Below, piece by piece: positions 21,463-29,200 of a stretch of DNA of 64,000 bases. Made by a program: the position numbers and the translations under genes. How positions within the stretch are numbered: the stretch's first letter is position 1; every line of letters starts with the position of its first letter. The stretch comes from Myxococcota bacterium (GTDB lineage: Bacteria > Myxococcota_A > SURF-8). Where the stretch lies: positions 5,376,001-5,440,000 of the forward strand of contig OZ223209.1 in NCBI GenBank assembly GCA_965140415.1. Reading direction: 5' to 3'. The notes beneath the pieces were generated by a model. That model was not told where the DNA came from. It did no database searches and worked only from the letters and a program-made list of their open reading frames with translations.

Positions 21463-22308
21463 TCAAACACCCGAAACCGATCCTTCTTGATTGAAGTATC
21501 CGCATTCCCCCAGCACCTGCAACACCGACCAGGGATCGATTGCCCGGCCATCGCCGCCGAGGACGCTGTCAAGGATGACCCAGAACTCGTCAAGATCGCC
21601 CTGCCAGTCCTCAACGGCGTCTAGCAGCTCCGCCGCCTGGTCAGGATTCAGGCCGACGAGTTGCAGTTCGGTGAAAAGGTCGTCGTCGGGTGCCGTGTTG
21701 CCGGTATGTTCGGTGAATCTGCGATCCAGGCCGAAGCTGAGATCGAATTCCTCATCAGGCCAGACCAGCCCCCAGGGCGCAGTTGGCGCGTGGACCTTGT
21801 CGCGCAACTCCTTTTCCAGCACCTCATCGCGCTCGACGGAGGCCAGGAAACCGACTTTGATCTGATCGACCGTGATGCGCCAGGGCGCGTACAGGTCCAA
21901 CCGAGCGCGGAAGTGGCCTTGCCGATTCGTCACGATGCTGAGCAGCCAGTCGCTGTTGTCCATCTGCTCGATGGTGTCCGCGTCCTCCGACGACCAGAAG
22001 CAGTTCATGTCGGCGTGGCTGTGCGCCCAGCAACGCAGGTCGGACACGTCGTATTCGGCTTTTACCAGTTCAGTCATCAGCGCGCCCATGCTCTCGCGGT
22101 CGGGCGAGGTGTGGCTGTCCGTGCAGGTCTGCTCCGGCAGGAGGAACGTTTTCACGATGATAGCGCTGCTGTCGGGATCGAGTTCAGTCACCCCGAAACA
22201 GCTGAACTCACCACGTGCCGCCTGCGTCCACACGCGCAACTGCTTTTCTGCTTCAGCCGACAGCAGCACTCTCGGCATTCGCATCGTCAGCTTCCGTTTC
22301 GTCTCCAT
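21463..22308 (-). CDS. JAB/MPN+ metallopeptidase (prokaryotic deubiquitinase-like)
   Basis: GEFSCFG (upstream Glu) and WAHSHADMNCFWSSED (HxH-x7-S-x2-D). Start at 22308, 22284 or 22278; the ORF-track N-terminal extension overlaps the E2 gene. Confidence 0.85.
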   Translation of the reverse strand: METKRKLTMRMPRVLLSAEAEKQLRVWTQAARGEFSCFGVTELDPDSSAIIVKTFLLPEQTCTDSHTSPDRESMGALMTELVKAEYDVSDLRCWAHSHADMNCFWSSEDADTIEQMDNSDWLLSIVTNRQGHFRARLDLYAPWRITVDQIKVGFLASVERDEVLEKELRDKVHAPTAPWGLVWPDEEFDLSFGLDRRFTEHTGNTAPDDDLFTELQLVGLNPDQAAELLDAVEDWQGDLDEFWVILDSVLGGDGRAIDPWSVLQVLGECGYFNQEGSVSGV

Positions 22309-23800
22309 CGGCTCCATCTTCTTGCTTGTCATCGTCTTCTTCATCTTCGTCAACCCAGGCGCTGCATTCGGATCGGTGCTCGCAGTCCGGGCATTCGGGT
22401 TCGTTTCGTTCACGGCAGTCATCTTCATCCTCCGGGTGTAAGGCGCACCATTCGCGGTGGCACTGTAAGCATTCGTAAGGCCCGCCATCGTTGCGGCAAT
22501 CGTCGCGCACGTCATCGAGATACGGACAGCGGGAATCCCCGCAGTCCAGGCACTCGCTGGGTGAGCTGTTTTCGTTGCAGCGCTCCCAGCGGCTGTCCCA
22601 GTGCGGGCAATCGCGGTCGTTGCATTCGGTGCAGCTGGCCTCTCCCGCATCAAGGCAGTCGTCGTATTCATCACGATCTTCGTCGAACCATTGAACGTAC
22701 GGGTCCAGCGGGTTGTAGCTGGTGATGTATTCGTCGAGCAAGAGTAGCAGCGTTCCCCATTCGCGCTGGGCCATGAGCTTGTTTACGTCGTCGCCGATAT
22801 TGCCCAAACACGGGCTGCCCTGTGTGGAAATGTGCGGATGGAAGTAATCCCCGCGCCATTCGTTGTTACCGACGGCTTCAAACTTAATCAGTTCCTTGCC
22901 GGTCAATTCGATCCGGCAGCGGATGTCGCCCAGTTCTGATGTTTCTCCCGAATCCGGATCTTCGATCTGCACGTCGGTATGCACGGCAACCAGTTCTGTG
23001 TCGCTGATGCTGATGGACTGGAATCGCTCACCGACGAGGGATTGCAACTGCTGACTGATGCGCTTGACCGCAGCTTCCGTCCGTCCGCACTTCTCGTTGA
23101 CGGCCAAACGGAGCAATCTTTCCTGCTCTCTTTGCTGTGTCAACGTGGCAATCAGGCGATTGTACTGCCGGGATAACTCTTGCAGGTTGCTTTCGTTATC
23201 ACGGATATCCTGTTGGGTGCGTTCCAAACTCTGACGCGAGAGCGCGCCGTAGAAGCTGCCAAAGCGGTGCGCTGTCTCAAGCGGATTGGGCGTCCGCATG
23301 GCATTCCGGCAGGCCCAGTCGAAGCCGTCCTTGAAGATGTGGGCCAGCAGGGAGCGCTTGGCTCCGAAGGTGACCTCCAGACCATTCTGAAACCGGATGC
23401 TGTTTTCATCGATGCGACCGATGTACAGGGTCGAACCGTCCAGCGTCCACGCGCCATGTACGTACGGCACTTGGATGTCGTCGAATTTGCCGAGGGAGAT
23501 CCAGTGTTTCCTATCCTCGTTCAGCAGTTTGCGTTTCTGGCCCATCACTGCCACGTTTACCGGAGCCAGATAGAATCGGAAATCATCGTCGATGTCGTTC
23601 AGCGTGACCAGCGCGGTCACCTCGTATTCGCGGCTGGTGACGATGGTCACCACCCGGCCGAGAGTGTACGCCGCATCCGAGCGGTCATCTTCCTTTACCT
23701 GGACGATGGGACGCTGGTCGGCGGGAAAGTCCAGCAGCCATTTCTGCATGAGCGCCCGAAAAATCTCCGGAATGCGGGTGGTATCGTTGAGATGTTCCAT
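22253..23800 (-). CDS. E2/UBC-like protein with N-terminal unknown domain, coiled coil and four Cys4 repeats
   Basis: RBS aggagg + ATG 23800; YFHPHISTQGSPCLG matches the E2 HPN(I)...GxxCL active-site pattern; tail has 4x C-x7/8-C-x2-C-x4/5-C. Confidence 0.75.
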   Translation of the reverse strand: MEHLNDTTRIPEIFRALMQKWLLDFPADQRPIVQVKEDDRSDAAYTLGRVVTIVTSREYEVTALVTLNDIDDDFRFYLAPVNVAVMGQKRKLLNEDRKHWISLGKFDDIQVPYVHGAWTLDGSTLYIGRIDENSIRFQNGLEVTFGAKRSLLAHIFKDGFDWACRNAMRTPNPLETAHRFGSFYGALSRQSLERTQQDIRDNESNLQELSRQYNRLIATLTQQREQERLLRLAVNEKCGRTEAAVKRISQQLQSLVGERFQSISISDTELVAVHTDVQIEDPDSGETSELGDIRCRIELTGKELIKFEAVGNNEWRGDYFHPHISTQGSPCLGNIGDDVNKLMAQREWGTLLLLLDEYITSYNPLDPYVQWFDEDRDEYDDCLDAGEASCTECNDRDCPHWDSRWERCNENSSPSECLDCGDSRCPYLDDVRDDCRNDGGPYECLQCHREWCALHPEDEDDCRERNEPECPDCEHRSECSAWVDEDEEDDDKQEDGADGDETEADDANAESAAVG

Positions 23801-23870
23801 GAAACCTCCTGTAAAAATGCGAACGGCGGAAGGTTTCCCCTCCGCCGCTCTGGTCCTGACCTCCTTTCGG

Positions 23871-24134
23871 CTACTGGTGGAACGCCACGCCACCGTCGAC
23901 CTTCGGCGTGAGCGCGATGATGTCGCCGTCGTCGGGACGTTCGTGCAATTGGGTGTGGACGCCGTTCAGCGTCGCCATGTAGCCTTCGCTCTGAAAGCCC
24001 GCCGAGAGGAGAGCGTCGGCGATAGTGCCGCCGGCGGGAATGGTGGTAACCTTCTGCCTGCCGATGCTGACGACGGTGATGCGGATGCCATGATTGCGGG
24101 ACTGGGACTGCTGGTCATTCTGGTTTTGGTCCAT
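23871..24134 (-). CDS. Ubiquitin-like (ThiS/MoaD beta-grasp) protein with GG followed by a 5-aa extension
   Basis: TIADAL...LNG...DGDIIALTPKVDGG-VAFHQ; RBS aggagg. Confidence 0.85.
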   Translation of the reverse strand: MDQNQNDQQSQSRNHGIRITVVSIGRQKVTTIPAGGTIADALLSAGFQSEGYMATLNGVHTQLHERPDDGDIIALTPKVDGGVAFHQ

Positions 24135-24232
24135 GATTTCCTCCTAGGATTGGAATGATGGGCGTTGGCCCGGATAGAACGCCATCGGGATGGCGATTGT
24201 CGGAATGGTTCGGTGGTGTACGTACAGGTTCG

Positions 24233-24982
24233 CTACTCGCCATTCTCCTCATCGCCATTCGGCTGGATGACACCGCGCAGGTTCTCGAAGATGGCTTTGA
24301 ACTGCCGGATCTCCGCCTCGTTGCAATCTTCTTCCTTCGCCAACTCCAATACGGCATACGTGCCGGTCGGCATGATGAGAGAGAGTCGGGTCTTGCAGGT
24401 GAACAACGGCAGATCTGCGCGCGAACCGTCGGGAAGTTGGAGTTTGCCGAGGAAATGCCGCGCCAGGAAGCGCTGGACGGGTTTGCGCGACGTGGCTTTG
24501 GCACGGACGATGAACGGATTTTCATCATCCAGATCGATACCAAGCAAGCTGTACACGACATCGCAGTCGGGAGCGGTGGGCTGGCTGTTACCGCGACCCC
24601 AGAGACGATGCTGGCAGCTAGCGCAGTCCACGACCTCACCATCGGCGCGGATGCCTTCCACGCCGTCATCCGAACGGCAGTGTTCGGTCATGCCGGAAGT
24701 CTCGCTGTACGTGGCCCACCTTCGGGACTTCTTGATGTGCAACAGGACGCAGGTGATCTCGTCTTTGGCTTCACCGGTCAGGCTGTTGACGAAAATGTCT
24801 TTCGGAGCCCAGGTTCCGTTATGGAGCTGACGGCGGGTGTTGTAAGCATAGGAAGGGAGCGGCCGATCTTCATTGTCCAGATGGGACAGGGCCTGAAGAC
24901 CGGCCAGCTCTTCGATGAGGGATTGGGGGATGGGAAGAATTGGCGCGCCCGTCGCCGGAGGGGAATGGGTGTTCTCGGTCAT
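24233..24982 (-). CDS. Phage/MGE-type protein with a Cys4 Zn site, possibly ssDNA-binding
   Basis: CRSDDG...CASCQHRLW...PDC motif and acidic C-terminus; function is inferred. Confidence 0.5.
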   Translation of the reverse strand: MTENTHSPPATGAPILPIPQSLIEELAGLQALSHLDNEDRPLPSYAYNTRRQLHNGTWAPKDIFVNSLTGEAKDEITCVLLHIKKSRRWATYSETSGMTEHCRSDDGVEGIRADGEVVDCASCQHRLWGRGNSQPTAPDCDVVYSLLGIDLDDENPFIVRAKATSRKPVQRFLARHFLGKLQLPDGSRADLPLFTCKTRLSLIMPTGTYAVLELAKEEDCNEAEIRQFKAIFENLRGVIQPNGDEENGE

Positions 24983-25057
24983 GGCGTTTCTCCTCTGTGA
25001 AATTGGGATAGGAAGTAGGAATGGTATTGCGCGACGCCTTCGGGAGCGTGATCGTCA

Positions 25058-25759
25058 TCAGACCGAAAGAGAAAGCTTCGCCGTCTGAGCCAGTTCGCGG
25101 CCAAGCGCCTTCAGGCGATGATGGGCTCGGCTGACGCTCATCCCGACCGCCTTTCCGCACTCCTGGAAACTGCCTCCGGCCAGGCGCGCCGCCAGCAAGC
25201 GGCGATCTTGCTCGGTCTGCTCGTCAAGCCAGGCTTCCAGGTCGAAGGCGCTGACGAGCTGGTCCTCCACGTCGCGGGTCGCCGCGTAGGAGACGGCGTC
25301 AACGAAGCTCATGGGATTGTCGCGGGTCAGGTCGTTGTCGGCATAGGGACCGGGCTCCACGTCGGGCAAACCGTCGAAGCGCAGAACTTGGATGCCGTCC
25401 CACAGACAGGCCATTGCGCCCATGACATCCCGGCGACGGCGACGACCGGGGACGAAGCAGTGGGACGGATCGAAAGCCTTGAGTCGCAGGCCATGAACGA
25501 GCGCCCCGCGGTCGGTGGAATGACCTTTCATCGCCGCGGAATAATAATCGCGCCAGATCAGGCACAGGGCTTCCTGGAATCGGTCTTCCGCATCGTGCGC
25601 GTCGTCCAAGTGGCGCATGACCGGATTGAAGATGTCATCGGCGATCATGTCGCTGAAATTCGCGTTGATCGCTTCGTGGGAAAGGGGAAGAGGTGAATTC
25701 AATTGAAGGGGATGATGGGGGTGATCGGGTTGGGAATCGGTTTGCATACAGTTTTCCAT
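25058..25759 (-). CDS. ECF/sigma70-region-4-like transcription factor
   Basis: AEDRFQEALCLIW (region-2-like) and GGSFQECGKAVGMSVSRAHHRL HTH; RBS aggagg; paralogue at 46236. Confidence 0.65.
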   Translation of the reverse strand: MENCMQTDSQPDHPHHPLQLNSPLPLSHEAINANFSDMIADDIFNPVMRHLDDAHDAEDRFQEALCLIWRDYYSAAMKGHSTDRGALVHGLRLKAFDPSHCFVPGRRRRRDVMGAMACLWDGIQVLRFDGLPDVEPGPYADNDLTRDNPMSFVDAVSYAATRDVEDQLVSAFDLEAWLDEQTEQDRRLLAARLAGGSFQECGKAVGMSVSRAHHRLKALGRELAQTAKLSLSV

Positions 25760-26378
25760 GATTCGGACCTCCTGGTCGTGTTCAACGCGCACGAAGGCCG
25801 TTACCACCGGCCCACGCGCAGCGTCGCCGCCTTGCGGGCGGTGGGTTTGATTGGGACGGGAAACATATCCCGCCGATTCTTGATGTATGGTTACGCGCCG
25901 TGCAAATCAGCGCGGATTTGAGCTATAAGACTTGTGTCAAAACTTGGTGCTGGCCGTTCGGATGGACGCGAATCGTCTGAATGTCGTGGATCCGTGCTCG
26001 CGAGGCTGGTAGGGAAATATGAGACGAGCCGGATATCAGATTCGTTACACAATTCTTATACAATTATTCTGGCAGAACTTGCATTTCAGTCCCTACTGAG
26101 CCCGTTTGGTCCGGAAAACAGTCCAAAAAATATTTGAAAGGCTGTTTTTTCCTACTGATTCGACTTTTTTCTGGAGAGGGAACAGGGAAAAACAGCCTCC
26201 ATTTTGGCGTACGGACTGATCGAAGGAATATGGAGCCTCGTTTTACCTATAGAAACCGACAAGGCGGGTGTCGCAACTGTCGGTGCAAGGCGCCGAATAG
26301 ACCTGATTGAGAGCAGGGGGTGGGTCCCCTATGGGGCTGGAATTGAAATCTCTATAGGACTAGCGGAATACGAAGCAC

Positions 26379-26490
26379 CGACGTCGCAGGGTGACTGTGC
26401 CGACGTCGCAGTCCTGCTGCTATACGACGTCGCATGGGCGGGTATCGATGTCGCTTGGAGCCTACAGGAGCCTATCTGTACCGACGTCAC
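26379..26490. repeat. Phased CGACGTCGC motifs
   Basis: Copies start at 26379, 26401, 26425, 26446 (1 mismatch) and 26482 (1 mismatch). Confidence 0.6.
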
Positions 26491-26703
26491 TCCATCGTAT
26501 ACTCCAGCACCGTGGCTGCCAGCACCGTATAGAGGTCGAAGGGAGGGAATGGCAGTATTTGCGGCAAACGTTTTCCGCCCGCGTCCTTCACTCGCCGTCC
26601 AGGTGGGGGATCACCGGCGTGACGGTGTCTTCGCCGTTACCGGGTTTAACGTTGTTTGCGGGCGTCGGGTTTATATCGCTCATGGCTTCCTCCGTGTAAC
26701 TGG

Positions 26704-27138
26704 TTATTCGAACAGGTTCCGCAGGCTACTTTTCGATGGCCGGTCCCAATTGGCGAACCAGAGTGGTTTGACCGGCTCGCCGTTCTCGTCCGTTGAGACA
26801 TTCACGGCCAGCGGCATCATCTTCATGTACGACCCTTCGCGCACTAGATCATATCCATTTCTGCGGCACACTTCACGCGCAACCTGAGTGACCCAACTTC
26901 CCTGTCTATTCGATAGTAAGGCGTAGTAGCCGCCTGCGTTCCAGCGCCTGACCCATTCGCGGATCGATGCGGTCGAACAATCGAGTTCAGCGGCTACGTC
27001 TTTCTGCGGCTGTCCATTCATCAGCTCCAGAATGGCGCGCAAGCGACGTCGTAATCGGTCATCTGGTTCCCGGTCGATCAGTGACTGGAGTTGTGCAGGG
27101 CTGAACAGCGTCTGGTCCGGTTGTTTCAACGGCGGCAT
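26704..27138 (-). CDS. Transposase-type (IS630/IS481-like) HTH protein
   Basis: RRRLRAILELMNGQPQKDVAAELDCSTASIREWVRRWNAGG. Confidence 0.7.
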   Translation of the reverse strand: MPPLKQPDQTLFSPAQLQSLIDREPDDRLRRRLRAILELMNGQPQKDVAAELDCSTASIREWVRRWNAGGYYALLSNRQGSWVTQVAREVCRRNGYDLVREGSYMKMMPLAVNVSTDENGEPVKPLWFANWDRPSKSSLRNLFE

Positions 27139-27656
27139 GGTCTAACTCCTATCGCGCTGTTCAGTTTCGCAATCGAGTCCTCCAGTTCCTGCCACTGCTC
27201 ATTTTTCACCGTTCTGTAGATCGCAGGTGAAATAGCGAGGGGGACTGCGCGAGGTTTGCAGTCTCCCAGTAAGATATCCATGCCGTGATCGCGAAGGTAT
27301 TTCCGCTGAGGAGGAAAGATCGTATCTTTGCCGGTCAGAGTGTGGAGCAGGAATAACCCCTCGTAGCTGCCCACGTTCCAGAATCGTGTCCATAGGACCA
27401 GTTCTTCACCGCTGATATCCTGTCGCTCAAGAATCCAGCGCCAGGACCGACCAAGCATTAACGCTCGTATAGCGCGCAATCTGCGGACAGGTTCCTCTTC
27501 TTTGCCTTCCCGGATGAAGTACTCGATCTGCTCAACATCTTCCTGCAAGGCCCCCTTCGGCAGAAAGGTCGGATTTCTCTCCATCGGAATTCTCATCAGT
27601 TCCAGGATGTACGACCTTACCCGATCAGCATAGACCCCATTATTTCTATTCGTCAT
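27126..27656 (-). CDS. Divergent HTH protein, paralogue of 26704-27138
   Basis: RRLRAIRALMLG...WTRFWNVGSYEGL and PLAIS match the neighbour. Confidence 0.6.
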   Translation of the reverse strand: MTNRNNGVYADRVRSYILELMRIPMERNPTFLPKGALQEDVEQIEYFIREGKEEEPVRRLRAIRALMLGRSWRWILERQDISGEELVLWTRFWNVGSYEGLFLLHTLTGKDTIFPPQRKYLRDHGMDILLGDCKPRAVPLAISPAIYRTVKNEQWQELEDSIAKLNSAIGVRPCRR

Positions 27657-27918
27657 CTTCTGCGCCCCGCTTCTGGCGCAATCCCGCAGCTTCCATCACA
27701 CTGGATGGGCCGAACCTTTTGTCGATCAGTCCGCTTTCGTTTCCCGCAAGGAACTGCTGCCGCCACCGGTATGCACTGCTGCGGCTGATGTTTAGGATCC
27801 GCGCCGCCGTTGCTACCGGTTCTCTGCGGCCAACGACGGCATGCAGAAATAAGGTCCGCAGCCAAAGCTGACGCTCGGGCTGAAAGACGAAAGGATCAAT
27901 GGGCATTGTGTCGAACAT
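27646..27918 (-). CDS. Small HTH protein
   Basis: VATAARILNISRSSAYRWRQQFLAGNESGLID. Confidence 0.65.
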   Translation of the reverse strand: MFDTMPIDPFVFQPERQLWLRTLFLHAVVGRREPVATAARILNISRSSAYRWRQQFLAGNESGLIDKRFGPSSVMEAAGLRQKRGAEDDE

Positions 27919-28127
27919 CGCCAGTCTTCCTTGGACGGTTAGGATTCAGGAATCGCGGATTCACCATAGAATTCAGGTGGTCCGGTGAATCCGTGAGTCC
28001 CAACCATTGTTTTTAGGATACACCAAGCAAGAGTTATAAGTCAAGACTACTAAATGATTAGATACTATTCACTGGACGGAACAAGCTCCTGTACGTACAA
28101 TGCTGCGATATGCTTTCGGGAGGTGAC

Positions 28128-29114
28128 ATGCCCAGACCAAAGCTCGACCCCAAACAACGACTGCGCCTGCGCGCACTCAAGCGCGCGGAAAAGGTCGGCA
28201 TGACCGCTGCGGCAAAGGAGTCCGGGATATCGCGCGTCATGCTGCACCGGTGGCGCGATCGGTTCGAGGCCGATGGAGTCGAGGGATTGCGCGACCGTTC
28301 TCATCGTCCGCACCGTACACGGGCCACATCACCGGAGGTGGCTGAGCAGGTGATTCGGACTGCGCTTCAGCATCCCACCCATGGTTGCCGCAAAATCGTC
28401 GGCGCGCTAGCCGAGCGGGGCATTTCTCTGAGCGAGCCGACCATTCAGTCCATTTTAGTAGACCGGGAACTCGGTCTGGCTGAACAAAGGATCGGCCGGG
28501 TTGAACGGCGCATCCTCAGCGGTGCGTGCAAGCCGTCCTCAGATCTTCTCGCGGAGGTGGAGGCGGCGGATCCTACATTTCGTGAACGGACACGACCGAT
28601 ACCGCGCCCCGGCAGTCTTCTCATAGCCGACATCCCTCGCGGAGGCATCACTGAGGACGGGAGACGGCTCAGCATCGTGGTGATCGTGGACGCCGGTTCT
28701 GGGTACATCTGGGCATGTCCATGTACGGATCTGTCCATGCTCCCGCACATCGAGATTCTACGCAGCCGGGCTCTGCCGGATCTGGCTCGTTGGAACCTAC
28801 GTCCTGCGACGATCACTACGTCGGACAGTCCCGAATGGACGATGGACAGTCTGGAGGGTCGAGCATTCAAGCTGTGGTGTCGGGATGGATTCCACCTGCG
28901 ACACAAAGTCCCGCCAGAAAGAGTGAGAAACGGTTTTATCGAAGGGTTCCAGCGGGAGTTCCAGTCCTGGTACCGTCGGGCGGAACTGCATGGGTCACCG
29001 TTGAAAGAGATCGAGGAGGCTCTGGGAAAATGGTTGGAGGAGAGGAACGCGAAGGTGCGGCGGTCGTATCCGCTTTTTGGGAGGTCACCAGGAGAAATGA
29101 TCACGACCACGTAA
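28128..29114 (+). CDS. IS481-like transposase/rve integrase-core protein, divergent
   Basis: HTH (GISRVMLHRWRDRFEADGVEGLRDRSHRPH), IAD...VIVDAGS...TSDSPEW...NGFIEGF; RBS ggaggt; no terminal IRs recognised. Confidence 0.65.
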   Translation: MPRPKLDPKQRLRLRALKRAEKVGMTAAAKESGISRVMLHRWRDRFEADGVEGLRDRSHRPHRTRATSPEVAEQVIRTALQHPTHGCRKIVGALAERGISLSEPTIQSILVDRELGLAEQRIGRVERRILSGACKPSSDLLAEVEAADPTFRERTRPIPRPGSLLIADIPRGGITEDGRRLSIVVIVDAGSGYIWACPCTDLSMLPHIEILRSRALPDLARWNLRPATITTSDSPEWTMDSLEGRAFKLWCRDGFHLRHKVPPERVRNGFIEGFQREFQSWYRRAELHGSPLKEIEEALGKWLEERNAKVRRSYPLFGRSPGEMITTT

Positions 29115-29200
29115 CACCGATGCCCCTTATATCCACCACACCATTGAATCCGCCCCGCCGGTATGAAACCATAGCCCCATACCGACGGAGCGACATGGAG

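Noticed and set aside
22309-22674. Ala/Thr-rich N-terminal extension of the JAB ORF
   Set aside because: Alternate frame of the E2 gene's Cys-rich tail.
26204-26887. 227-aa plus-strand ORF
   Set aside because: TTG start, no recognisable motif, overlaps an HTH gene and the repeat region.
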